Below, one piece after another: positions 38,403 to 51,045 of a stretch of DNA of 64,000 nucleotides. A program made the translations under genes and the position numbers. Numbering within the stretch: position 1 is the stretch's first letter; each line of letters starts with the position of its first letter. The DNA is taken from contig NMRA01000625.1 in assembly GCA_002633005.1 (NCBI GenBank), positions 62,001-126,000 on the forward strand, read 5' to 3'. The stretch comes from Phoronis australis (taxonomy: Eukaryota > Animalia > Phoronida). The notes under the pieces are model-generated. The model searched no databases. It was not told the origin of the DNA and was given only the letters and a program-made list of their open reading frames with translations.

Positions 38403-38978
38403 CTACAAATCTGTTATCTGGTACTTGGCATTTGGTGATGGCAATGGAGGTGGAGATTTTCCATTGAACTTTGTGTAGTCCGTGTGCGGCTGCGGATAGC
38501 CGCTACTTCTGGAGATTGGCGGCAGTGGTGGCGGCGGAAGCTCTTTCTGCGACTTTTGTAGCACACCGCCCACGATTGGCTGCTGTGGCTGCGGCTGCTG
38601 CAGACTTGTCCTTGCTGGCAATGGAGGCGGCGGTGGTGACTTCCTGGAACTAGAGTCTGACTGCTGCCGGGTGGCAGTATCACCAGACGAGTGCATAGAT
38701 AAGCCTGTGGTGGTCACAACCGTCTGCGATGTCGGCACCAGACCGTACTGCGACGACGAGGACGGAACTAATGGCTGACGTGCTGGTAATGGAGGCTGAT
38801 AGTTGTCAGCCAAAGGGTTGTGGTAGGCTTGTGACGATGCGTTCAGATCTGGGTTGTTCTCCGTCGCCAACTGATAGAATTTGTTCAGCCTGTTCACATG
38901 ACAGCCGTGACACAGCAGGTGGTTGTCTAACGGGTAGCACCGTTTATCTGGATCATCTGTCAGCTGCATTCCACAATC
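38403..38978 (-). CDS. WTIP: WTIP-like terminal exon (LIM3 end plus Pro-rich tail)
   Basis: [27 protein letters not shown]...PPPPPLPAR...YQITDL*. Confidence 0.92.
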   Translation of the reverse strand, partial: DCGMQLTDDPDKRCYPLDNHLLCHGCHVNRLNKFYQLATENNPDLNASSQAYHNPLADNYQPPLPARQPLVPSSSSQYGLVPTSQTVVTTTGLSMHSSGDTATRQQSDSSSRKSPPPPPLPARTSLQQPQPQQPIVGGVLQKSQKELPPPPLPPISRSSGYPQPHTDYTKFNGKSPPPLPSPNAKYQITDL

Positions 38979-41900
38979 CTGCAAAAACATGTCATGTGGT
39001 TTGATATCTGGAAACAAATTTCTTCAAGAATTAAGGTAAAACCTCACTAGTTTCGGGCAACAATAATTGCTAAAATTGCCCTTTTCTCATTTTCAAGGTC
39101 GTCTTACATTGTTCAGAGTGCATAGAATGTAAAAATTCTGAGTGATGGTAGGTACCATAAAAAACTTGAACGTGGTAAACCAATAATTACAATGCTATAG
39201 ATCTTGTACAAAAAATGAGGGCCAAAAAAATTTGGTGTCAGCCATGTTGTGGTCGAAATTGACGAGATTTTAGTGTAGTGCAAGAGTGATTCTGAAAAAC
39301 TTTGAGGATTTTTCAAACAATTTCATATTCATATACAATTCTTAGAGCATGTTGACCATAACAAACAGGCCAGGAGTTATTGAAACAACGTCAACCAACA
39401 GCAACTGTGTAGCATATCTTTATCGACCTTGGAATCCAAGATGTTTTTGTGCACCCATACATTCATGAAACATTTGCACGGCTATTCTTGGTCTATGGCA
39501 GAGGTAGCAAGCTTCGGGTCTGGTATTCACATTATTTTTAGAAAGCACTCAATAATTGACAACTTCTCAAGACTAACCAGCTTAAGCTATTAAAATTAAG
39601 ACAAGGATTATTGGCCAAAGATTGACTGCTTACCTCACAATGATAACAGTCCACATGAAAGTCTTTGTCCATTGACACCACCCTCACTGTTTCTTCTGTG
39701 CCCTGAAATGATAGAAAGAAACAGTTACGTAACAGTTGTTGTCTAAATCAGTTGCACAAGTCATTCAGTAATGTGATGCGCATCTAGAAACTTGTCATTT
39801 AACTTTGAATGTCTAAGGTACTAACTGTACGGACAAGCTTATGGTATGTTTTGACGATACGGCCCTAAGTCAGTTGTATGATACACTGTTAGATATAACC
39901 GTAATAACAGTAGCAGTATTACTATAGTCAAACATCATCACATGAAACATAATAAAAAAATAATCGCAGGCAGTCTCATACGCGTTGTACCAGACGTGCG
40001 CAGGTTGCTCATGTGCGCCCATTGCACTGATCACCTGGAACCATATTTAAGCTTTATTAAATACATAGTTAAAACAGCTGAGGAGCTAGAAACCTGACTC
40101 AAAGGTTTAGCAGTGTGACCCAGTGTGACTAGAACCTACGACCTCGAATAAAAAAAACAGGCACCTATCACACAAGGTCACACTGCACCCTCACACATGA
40201 AACATAGCCAGACCTTCAAAATCTGTACATTATAATGATAGCTTGTACCAACCACCGAAGACTTGCATACATTTGGTTGAGACTTGGAAGTTTGTACGCC
40301 ATAATGTTCTTAGAATTCTTAACAGCGCACATTGCAAAAAGGTTTGACAAAAACATGTCAACTCAATGGAAACTGAAAAGAAATTCTCAAGTGTAAATTG
40401 CCTCAGTTCAAAATACGCTAAAGACAAATGCTGGTATTGGTAGATATTACACTTGAACTCCCCCAGCTACTAGTCTGGCTATCATCCGACCCAATTTAAA
40501 GAGAATAACTAGGCTTAATCCCATATTCTGTCCAAGTGAACTAGAAGCTTACCTCAACAGGAGTGATTACTTGACCACATGCAGCACATTTTGGAGCATA
40601 TAATCTGTAACAGTCAAAGAAATGCCATCATTACCCTTACAGTAGTGGTGATGCTCAAGTTACTTCACACTATTCTATCACAACACCATTACAATACATT
40701 TACGGTCAAACTTTTCAACAAAATATCTCTTCAGGAAAATTTCCTTTCTTCTAGCACGGTTTGTGTCGTAGCTATTACCAGACAAAATTTGGTAAAATTT
40801 TGAGTCTGTAGCACACAGTTGACAAAGAGCGCATCGCTCGAAACGTGGAGGATATTTTAACATAATTAGTACCGACGCTCGTTGTTTTAGTTTTAGTAGT
40901 TATACTATTTGATATTTTTATTCGTCGGTAACTGCACGGCATTCCAACATCTATTTGATTTTAAGATTTTGAGCATTTACAACAATTTGGTAATCCTTTG
41001 AAAAATAGAAATATGGCAATTTCAGCAATTATTTATGCCCCAAATTGATGCTTTTTTACCTTTAGTGTTCATTATGAAATCAAGAATGTTAACATGTATA
41101 GTTGTATTACTTTAAGTACGTTTTAAAGTTGTAAAAATATCACAAACGTTGCAAATTCTGTAGTTCAGTAACAAACCAATCGCACAGAAACAAACCAAAA
41201 TTTCACATCTCCAAAACAAAATAAAAGAAATCAAGTCAGCAGTGGAAATTCAAAAAACTAACAAAAGATGGCAGCACAACCACACTTAGATACAGCTCAC
41301 AATACACCACTTCAGGTTGTGTCAAACGTTATCTTACTCATACATCCTTAAGATTCTATCAAAAAACAAATAGTAACAAGCTGTCAACTCATCAGGGCTC
41401 ATCGTTGCAGTACAAGAGGTAAACAATTGAATTGAAGCAAATGTCAATTTTCATATTCTCACATTGAAAGAGTGCAAACCGAAAGTAGGGGTAGATTACT
41501 GGGGCTGCGACTAGGTCAGTCCAAAATGACTAAAAGAACTTTGAATGAGAGGATGATATGAACTTCAGTTAAACAAACATATGGACTACATATATTATGA
41601 AATATATACATAAAAAGTCACCAGTCAAGAGTAGTTTCTGGCGTGCATATGTTTTGCTGCGTACTGCAAGTCGAATTTTTACACAAATACGCACATTCCT
41701 ATAGGAAACACAAGTCTATTCCATGACGTAATCTTTATTAACAAAGATCAAACCATTATGTGAAAGACGCCAAGCATGCAAAGTGACTTACTTGTGATAG
41801 TCTGCCACGCAGTATATTTTGTTCTCCACGTCAATTGTGAACGGGACGCCATCCAGGCACTCGTTGCATTTACAACAGCGGAAACAGCCCGGGTGGTAGG

Positions 41901-44630
41901 ACTTGCCCATGGCTTGGAGGATCTGTAAGGCAGTTACCAAGTGACAACACGTCAAGCTAAACCTGTTCAAGTCACACTCACAAATCAAATTTGAGTTCAA
42001 GAGGGCAGGACATGCAGTGACTGGACAAAACAAATCTTCAAACTAGTGTATTTTCTTTTCTCACTAGTGTCATTTTTGCTATAAATTTAAATTGATTTTG
42101 AGCTCCTCTTTTGCTTACCTTTTTCTAACAAGAGCAACACGGAGCGTTGAAATGCACCCAAGAATGCATCACAAATGGTGTGCTTTTAGGGTTATTTATT
42201 TGTATCATAAAAATGGCCACTAGATGGCGCAAAAATGTACAATCCATCCAAAAACGGGAACATGCCATATTTCATAAAAATCTGTCAAGGAACTTCAGAG
42301 AAATAAAGGAAAACAGAACAAAATGAAATTGCCATTTGTGGGTACAGTGTCCGTTCGATCCGCCTGAAAGTTGTCGTCTGCTATCTTCATATAAATTCAC
42401 TTATTAAATTTAATAAAGATCCTACAGTGGGTTTTGGATATACAACTATGGGCGAAAAACAAAACAAAACTACCACTAGGAGGCGCCACAGTAGCCAGTC
42501 ACCATCGTCAAACGTCCTCTTCACACTGTAAACATATATGTCAAAACCATCCATAGAATGATTTGATTGATCGAGGGGTGGATGCCAAAAACAAGATTTG
42601 AAAACAGCAAAAATGGCCACTAGGTGGCACAAAATACCTCGATTCCATTCAAAAACAGGATGATAGCGTCATCTCACCAATAGAGGCCTATATTCAAAAT
42701 TTTATGAAAATCTATTGAGGACTTTTGAAGATACAGACTGTTAAACGTAAAAAACTAAAATTGCCAATAGGGAGCACACCAGTAGTCAGATCTGTCCGAA
42801 GTCGTCGCTGTCCGTTGTCAGCATCATATAAATACACTTGCTAAATTAAGTAAAGATCCTGCTAATGGCTTAGGAGATACAAATAAATATGTGGGCGCAT
42901 AAAAATGAATCTAAAAACTGAGCCTTAATGTTCAATGACTGTAAGAAAAGACTTACAAACGTTGATGACACAATGCCAAAAGCAATAAAAAGCAATAAAA
43001 ACATGTCTTTGTGATGGTAGGTAACACTCACTAACTTCTGGTTATTGTAAGTGAACATGTCAATCATACCTATAGGTTCATTGTAGGACCAAGTATCAAG
43101 CAATAATGCCTTTAAATCAATGAAGTTTACTGCTGGAAATCATCTTAGCACAGCTTCAGAGGAAACAACATACATTCAAAATTGACTACAAGACACGTTC
43201 AAACTTGACTATGAGTTACGTTCACACATGACAATGAGAAAATTTTGAACTTGACTTGGGGATATGTTGAAACCTGACTGGCAAATGTTTAATTGTCTTA
43301 TCAATGCAGGAAAGTCAGAGCAAGTCTCTAAAAACAGAAAATCAATGGAGCAACTAGAGCTGAATCAAATTTGTGTAGGAGCAAAACTGATAGATTTGAA
43401 CAACTAGAACACAAATACGAAACGCAGGTGTGTAGTGTGACACAAACTCACCATCTCCATGATAAGATGGCCGCACACTGCACACTTCTCAGCTGTCTGT
43501 TGGAAACCAGAATACTGAAACGAGTAAACAAGACAACGTATGAACACTTGCTTAGTACTCAACATATAAAAATGTCTTTAAACTATGTATCCCCTATCCC
43601 AACACTCACTCCTCTCATGTGAAAAGGCAGTTTCATTTTTACTATCATTGTGTTCTCATTTTTGTAACGAAATATTTTGATTTACTACTGAAAAAAATCT
43701 TATGTCCTATTGTTAATGAAGTTGTGCACGTATCTTAGGTGTGCTAACACTGAGGAAAACTCATCTAATTCAGGCCTAACAGTCCATATCATAATGAGGT
43801 AGTCTCAAGTCACAGCTAGGAACGGAAACAATGTGATACAGAAAATTTCTGAGAATATAGTCCAACAACAAGGATATTATTTTCTGTATTCCCAAAAAGA
43901 ACTCCAACACACAGACTTTCATATCATAGAAACAAGAGAAGGAGGTGCTTACTAAATAATCTTCTTCACAATAAACTTTTCCATGTACATTGTAGAATGC
44001 TTTCCCTCGTAATGTCCGACCTGAAATAGTAGGCATTCGTGTAAAACACGTGAGGTGGCCACAGGCGGCGTGCTGATCAGACTTAGAAATGTTTGCGATA
44101 TACATTTCCACACCTGTTTAAGAATTACATATTTATACACAATCAGGAGTTCAAGGGAGAGATGCCCACTACTAAGTCTGATTGGATTTCTGTATTCGAC
44201 CTGTGGTCCTGATTGCTCAGTGGACTAGAGTGTCTGCACGGTTAGCAGGAGGTCCAAAGTTCGAGACCCGGTCGGGGGCAGAAATCTGTTCAGACTTGAT
44301 GGTGTTGACCAGACTTAGGTTTACAATTCAAGTAAAACATAGTTGCATCAACGACGATTAGTTTAAATCTAAGTCTTCATAAAGATAGTGTCCAGAATCC
44401 TCGATGGATTCAATTAATCTCTTGAGCAAAATATTTCCCTTTTCTTAAGTTCGCAAACAGTGTCCAAAAACACGCCTCATTTGACCAGTAAGGCAACTGC
44501 ATTCATTTGTATCAGGTTTCCGACTTACCACATGAACAGCAGACAAAGCAGGTTGAGTGGTACAAGTTACCCATGGCCTGGCACGCTTCTGTAGCACCAG
44601 TCACTGTCTCACCACAGTGATAGCACTGGC
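38403..44630 (-). CDS. WTIP: Gene C: Ajuba/LIMD1/WTIP-family LIM domain protein (3' seven exons; 5' pre-LIM exon(s) outside the window)
   Basis: Three LIM domains with family-typical sequence ([90 protein letters not shown]); all junctions GT-AG and in phase. Confidence 0.95.
39634..39702 (-). CDS. WTIP: WTIP-like exon (LIM3)
   Basis: [23 protein letters not shown]. Confidence 0.93.
40553..40604 (-). CDS. WTIP: WTIP-like exon (LIM3 start)
   Basis: [17 protein letters not shown]. Confidence 0.92.
41792..41922 (-). CDS. WTIP: WTIP-like exon (LIM2)
   Basis: [44 protein letters not shown]. Confidence 0.95.
42128..42870. repeat. Interspersed repeat with two ~400 bp degenerate internal units
   Basis: aaaatggccactag-tggc-caaaa ... 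catataaat-cactt--taaatt-a-taaagatcct occurs at ~42210-42425 and ~42610-42860. Confidence 0.55.
43452..43514 (-). CDS. WTIP: WTIP-like exon (LIM2 start)
   Basis: [21 protein letters not shown]. Confidence 0.93.
43953..44020 (-). CDS. WTIP: WTIP-like exon (LIM1 C-half)
   Basis: [23 protein letters not shown]. Confidence 0.93.
44206..44280 (+). other. tRNA-like sequence (tRNA pseudogene or SINE head)
   Basis: A-box TTGCTCAGTGGACTAGAG and B-box GTTCGAGACC; acceptor, D and anticodon stems can pair but the T-stem is broken. Confidence 0.6.
44529..44630 (-). CDS. WTIP: WTIP-like exon (LIM1 N-half)
   Basis: [34 protein letters not shown]. Confidence 0.93.
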
Positions 44631-45099
44631 CTGTAACAGACAACAGATAGAGTGAAAAACACATAGTGAACACCACACAAATGCGTAGTGAACACGAGGA
44701 ACCATTTTGCGAGTAACTGTTTTGATCACACCGATGTTCACCATTCTTTAGCATGAGGCAGCTAGATGTAATGGTACACGGCAGTGTGTACACTTCACAA
44801 CAGAGGGGGCAGTAGATGGGGAATCATAGCCCTTTAATGGTGTGAGAGCACACTTATGAGTGTTTATATGGTGATTCAATTTCAAATTGTGGTGTGCACG
44901 ACAAGCCAACACAGTTAGAAGGGATGACGCATGCAATTACTTTTCTTTTATTCATGAACAATTCGTCATGTTTGGACATTTCTGTGTAAATCATGACTGT
45001 CCCTCTGCATGACAGTGGCAATTTAATGGTATGATGGTAGCAAAGAATAAACATAAAATGAAGGGACATCCAACTGCAGTACATCCAAAGAATGTAATC

Positions 45100-45450
45100 C
45101 ACGAACTATCGTTATCCACCAACGACTATCACTATCCACCAACGACTATCACTATCCACCAACGACTATCACTATCCACCAACGACTATCACTATCCACC
45201 AACAACTATCACTATCCACCAACGACTATCACTATCCACCAAAGACTATCGTTATCCACCAACAGCTTTCGCTATCCACCAACGACTATCGCTATCCACC
45301 AACGACTATCGCTATCCACCAACGACTATTGCTATCTACCAACGACTATCGTTATTCACCAAGGACTATCGGTAACTACCAACTGTTACCATCCACCAAC
45401 CACTATCGTTATCCACCAGCGACAATCATTGTCCACCAACGACTCTATCG
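45100..45450. repeat. 20 bp minisatellite (aacgactatcactatccacc), ~17 copies
   Basis: Directly visible, degenerating rightwards. Confidence 0.95.
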
Positions 45451-48400
45451 CCATCCAGTGACATTGCCCATTTAGTCATGTAAGTGCATCAGGAAATATC
45501 CGTTGAACGTAGTTTGCAGGAACTGAAACTTTATGCCTTAGTTTGAAGAAATAATGAACTTCCAATTCTTTCCAAGCCCACAAATCACACTTATTTTGAC
45601 TACCGTAACTAATTTGAGACCAATTTCATCACTTAAATAAAAACTGTTATGACACAAAGCATGGGTTTAATGCGGCTTCAAATATCTGGTGATGAATTTT
45701 GTGACATTGTCATTTGTTTAGCAATGTTTGATGAAAGAGATAACTGTACAAAATGTAAACGTTTCACAACTAAGTTTGAAAAAGGGCAAAGTTTAGATTT
45801 AATTGAGATAAAGCATGCCTTTACTTTAACCTTTATGAATATTTTACTTCTCAGAGAAACAGGAGATTGATTTTCTTAAACAAACTCCTTGAGATGAAAG
45901 TTGCATTTGAAGTTCTTGGTCAATATGAGTCTGGCTGTGAAACCAAGAATGATTCTGAGCCTCCACAATAGACCGAAAGAGATGACAAATCAACACATAA
46001 ACTTGACAGCGACAACAAAACGTGTAATCATGTACCCAATTAGGCATTCAAAAGCCCAGTTCACTGTGACATATCGCAAGCTAACATGGCGCAACAAGGG
46101 TCCACTCACACACCACTAAGAGTTGCAAGGTGAAAGTTATAGTTTGGAATGTGGAGTGCGTAGACTCGAGGCTACAATTAACTTTCGCTGTTAAGTTTGA
46201 TCACAGACCAAAATTAATCTTTCACACCAACTGACACTCACCAAAACATCGACAGGTCAATGCTCAGGTATGAAAAAGCCGTCAATTACTGCTTCAAACT
46301 TTATCACATAGTTACACATCCCAAATTTGTAAATTAACAAAAAATAGACCAAGCATCCCATATAACGATGGCAGTAAACATCTCTTCAAAGCTGACAGTC
46401 TTATCTTTATGTATTAATATGGTAAGCATGCTACCGATAAGACAAATTTGTGACATTCCAATAAGGATTTACTCATAATTGACAATGTTTGTCAAGTACA
46501 CATCTGATGATAAATCCATGTAAACACACAAATGACACGAAGTTATTATAAACCACATTTAGTGGGCACAAATCAAAGACATAATCCCACCCAAGGAATG
46601 ATCACATACTGCCTATGTACACTAGGCAGACTCGTGCACAGTCAGGTGCACACAGACAAGCAAATAAGCTGGACTTAGATGGATAATTACCCCAGCACTG
46701 TTTCTTCAGAGGAAATTTGCCCTGTCCCCTCTGCCCCTTAACTGACATGAGCATCCATAGGACAAAGCTTGTCACTAGGGCAAAGTATTGTAGAATCATC
46801 AATAGAAAGTTGCTTTGCACGAGTCATAGGAAAAGACACCATGGAGTGCGTAACTAATTATTATTTAGTATTGTAAATCCCAAGAACTAGCGCTAAACCC
46901 CAGTGTCGCTTGCCGCAGAGGAGTTAGTAGGAAAGGTAATGAGGAAGTTGTGATGGAGTTCCATAGATCCAATAGCTTTCGTAATCAGAAACAGGAGTTC
47001 ATCTAGGATTTTGGAAACGAGGCATACAAAATGGGGTCCCCAATTGACTGGATGAACGACTGGACGAATGAAAGTAGGCACTTCAAGCAGATTAAGACTT
47101 GTGAAACTTCACAGTAAGATCTTTCCAAATAGGAAAATATCTTGACACACAGGCTGGTTCCACTATTAAATTGCAAATTTACCATTATAAAGACAACCTA
47201 AAACCGCTTTGATGATCCGATCATTTATAAAATTATTTGTTCTATTTACAACAACCTCTAGCCTCTACACTGGCATGATGTTTCGCTCGATCATTTCTCT
47301 GATCATCTTCAGAACACGACCCAATGCTCTACTGGTTGGAGCAATGTAATGATAACCAAAAAGTCTGAGGTTCAAACCCCAACATGCACCAGGAAAAATA
47401 CAATCCAAGTTCTTGCAATGAGTGCTTGTTCTTCAAAACCACTCAGCGGAAATGTGGGACCAACAAATAGGCAAGAGGCTGGAGCAGAGAGCAAGAGATT
47501 TTAGACATGATGTTATCATTAATACATAGTATTTACTAACCTATAAATCATATACCTACTAATATTGTGATAACTGAGTCACTAACAACAAAGTCAGACT
47601 AGTCATGCATTAAACAGTCTAGAGCTATTGTTGCCCTATGGCTTTTACTTTTCAACCCTTTAAAGGCCCATTGTATCCTGCACAAATCAGCTAGTTGGTG
47701 ACTCATACCTACAAAACACAGGATTACTATGGCATCACACACTTGTACAAGTGGACAAAACAGGGCATATTTGGACTTACACTTCATTATCAAAGAAAAC
47801 AGAAACTAGCTGTTTTACTGGGCAACTCTTGAATAGACCTCCTCCCTCTCCAGGTAATGACTATAATACACACCAGCACATAACATTTTACATAGTTCAG
47901 GCACTTGTTCACATTTCTACTTTCCACAGTCGTTTTTACCAAAGAACATCTCTAATTTTCAAATACTGATCAATCAATTAGATCAGAATCGAAATGGTTC
48001 TATGAACACAGCGAACAGGCAGTAATAAAGGATAGCTCAGCCGTACTACATTTGCACCAAAAGATTGATCTCTCGTAAAATGTCACATGGGCAGACTCGT
48101 AAAGGTCAGTTGTCACTAGCATTTCACAAGGTGATGTACCCTTTGAAACAAAATGCCGGAACAAAGCTGAGGAAAAGGCAAATTGCCGAATTCTTTTAAA
48201 TACATAAACAAGTTGCTTTAAATGCAAATTGTCGAACTCTATTAGCAAGAAGCACAAATACAAAAAATGGCTCAGAATAAATAGTTTTGGTTAACTTTCA
48301 ACTAAAACAGATGAACTAGTTTCCCGCAGATCAGAAATCAAAGAAAGAATGAAATGAATAATACATAGGAGTTAAGTGCTTGATACCTTATAAATCACAA

Positions 48401-49179
48401 CTTGTAGCAGTTTAGCGCTTTCAAGTTTCAATAACCAGAACGAACCCTTCCCACCATTATTATTTTTACAAACAATAATTGCCAATATTGATCTTTGGTT
48501 TTAGTTTCGAAAATTTCAAGATTATTGTAAATGCAATTGCTCAAAACATTCCCTGATAGTAGTACAGAAACATCAACTGATAAGTTATGTGTTGGACGCT
48601 ACTCATCTTTTATGAAAAAAAGAAAAAAATTAATTTCGCTTGTCAGCCGTAAAGTTGCGAGACTGAGCCGGTAATGAAATAATCATCTCATTCGCTTCAG
48701 TGTACGAAGCCAACACATAAATTTACCCACGTTTGTTAGGGCATCAAAGGTGTAAAGTAAACCTGCAATGTATACATTAAGTAAACTGTCAAGTCCACTT
48801 AAAGCAGAAAGTAAACCAAGAAAATAGTTGTGGACAGGATATGCTTCATAGTACACAAACTGTGCTGTGACACATCGAATCCTCATTCGAGTTGAGAATG
48901 TGCATTCTTTTTACTCAGACACAAGGTAAATATTTAACTGGACCCAATACTAAACGCTGTCCTTTTTACACTACCGTATCCTTAAACACTCAAATCACAC
49001 CTCAGGCTCAGCTCTAAACAGTTAGGTTCGCATGACAATACCTATCACCAGTGAGAATCAAATAAATTAATAAACATTACGAAAATAGATTCTCAAACTG
49101 AGAAGTGACAATAACTACAACCGGACACAAAGTACATTCCACAAGATTTAGAAATGTTCATAAGCTCCACAATGCAAAT

Positions 49180-49272
49180 ATTAAGCTCCCAACTCATTTA
49201 GCTCCTAAATCATTTAGCTCCCAACTCATTTAGCTCCTAAATCATTTACCTACCAACACATTTAGCTCCCAA
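49180..49272. repeat. ~16 bp tandem repeat (tcatttagctcc-taaa/caac)
   Basis: Directly visible. Confidence 0.75.
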
Positions 49273-50899
49273 CGGCAATGAAACGGAGCACAAAACCCAA
49301 GGTTTGTTGGCAAACTCAACCTACCGTAGTAATCCTTGGGGTAGGCGGCCGACCGAGGTGAAATCACCCCAAGATCGACACTTCCTAAATTGACCATCAT
49401 AGATGAATGGTGTCCTTGTGGCAAATGACTGACAAATGCCATCCAACACATGAAATCCTCAACAGCTCAGAGCAGTGTGACTAATGACCCAAGCATGGCC
49501 CAGCCACTCAATACCTACTAAGCAGCAATGTTCAGGCTTCCAAACAACAGGTGGTCTAAGGTATGCAGCTCATTATTATTGGCTGAACAATGGCTTGTCA
49601 GCACAACTGTTCCAGAATTTGGTGTTATGCAATGCTAGTGATTTATAGCCACTGTTCAGAGGCTGGTGGTGTGTGTTGACCTGGCTGCAGGATTTCATTG
49701 TACAAGGTGTTGCTGTTCTATTAGCAATAGTGTTGAGTATGTCTAGTGACTTACAAAATAATAAACATTCCCTACCACGGAACAGTGAATTGAATCCTTT
49801 TGAAAGCATACCAATTCAATTCACATATCCACCTTCACATTACATAAGATGTCAAAATGTACCAAAAACCTGTTTCGAATTTTATTTCAAATCGGCATAC
49901 AAGTATGCGCAATAGATTGAGTAAAATTTGACCCGTTTTAAATTTTAGAGCCTACCAAAATGGGACATTCAAAGGTAACTGCTTGGCAGAGGTAACCAAA
50001 ATATTTCCCTCTGTTTGCATGTTCCAGTATTGTTAAGAGGTTTTCATTTGAATGGACATAGGAAAACACGCATTAAAACATGTTTTATTGGCAGCGGCAA
50101 AATATGAACTGATATGTTTGCTCAACAATGCTAAAGGCAGTTGCGGAGTCTTGATTCAAGTTTGGACTTCACCATGCATTACAGTTTGCACAGACTGAAC
50201 ACAGGCAACTCAATAGTTTTAATCCTATTGAATCAGGACCATAAATCCAAAAGAGAAGTACATGCCCTTTTCACTAAAGGATTATGTATAGCTGCAAAGG
50301 AAAACGGTGCAACATTCATATAACTTTTGTGAATAAATGAACTACAGCACATTAATCTTTATTTAATGTTCTCTTCAGCAGATGTTATAAGAATCCTGAA
50401 ACATGTCTGGAGCGCTGTCCATGGTACAAGTTACCGTAGATCATGAGGTGCAAAGAGTTGTTGCTGGATTTAGAGGTAGCAAGGATGCTATTAGTACTGG
50501 GCAACTTGTCATACCTGTGATGACTTGCCTCACCATACTGGGGTAGGGCAACTAGCCGTGGCAGTGTGGACACACACACCTGCAGACAGGCTGGAAGTAC
50601 CAGCAGCACACCTGCGTAGTTAAATACAAACGAGGGCATTCATTTGTGCTGCCATGTTTATATTTTGGTCATCATTTTATCAACTTAAAACATCTGCTTC
50701 CTGCACGATACATCAGCAAAACATAGGAATAAACAGAAACATGACAAGAAAAATGCATTAAACCTAACTTTTCTCATTAACCAGTTATTTTCTAAATGCC
50801 AGTATGGGAAGACGGAGAATTCAAATGTTGTGTTCCAGAGCAACAATTTACATTGGTTCCTATGCTGCAGGGTGTGTAGTGGAGACTCTCAGTTGATAA

Positions 50900-51045
50900 A
50901 GGGCAAGTTGCTCCAGGGCAAGTTGCCCCTTGACAAGTTGCTCCAGGGCAAGTTGCCCCTTGACAAGTTTCTCCAGGACAAGTTGTTCCAGGGCAAACTG
51001 CCCCTTGACAAGTTGCTCCAGGGCAGGTTTCTCCACGCAAGGTTG
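50900..51045. repeat. 15 bp minisatellite (caagttgctccaggg / caagttgccccttga), ~9 copies
   Basis: Directly visible. Confidence 0.9.

Noticed and set aside
44206-44280. Functional tRNA-Thr(GGT) gene
   Set aside because: The T-stem cannot pair, the anticodon loop is non-canonical, and there is no Pol III T-run terminator
45031-45375. 114 aa repetitive ORF
   Set aside because: Translation of the 20 bp minisatellite
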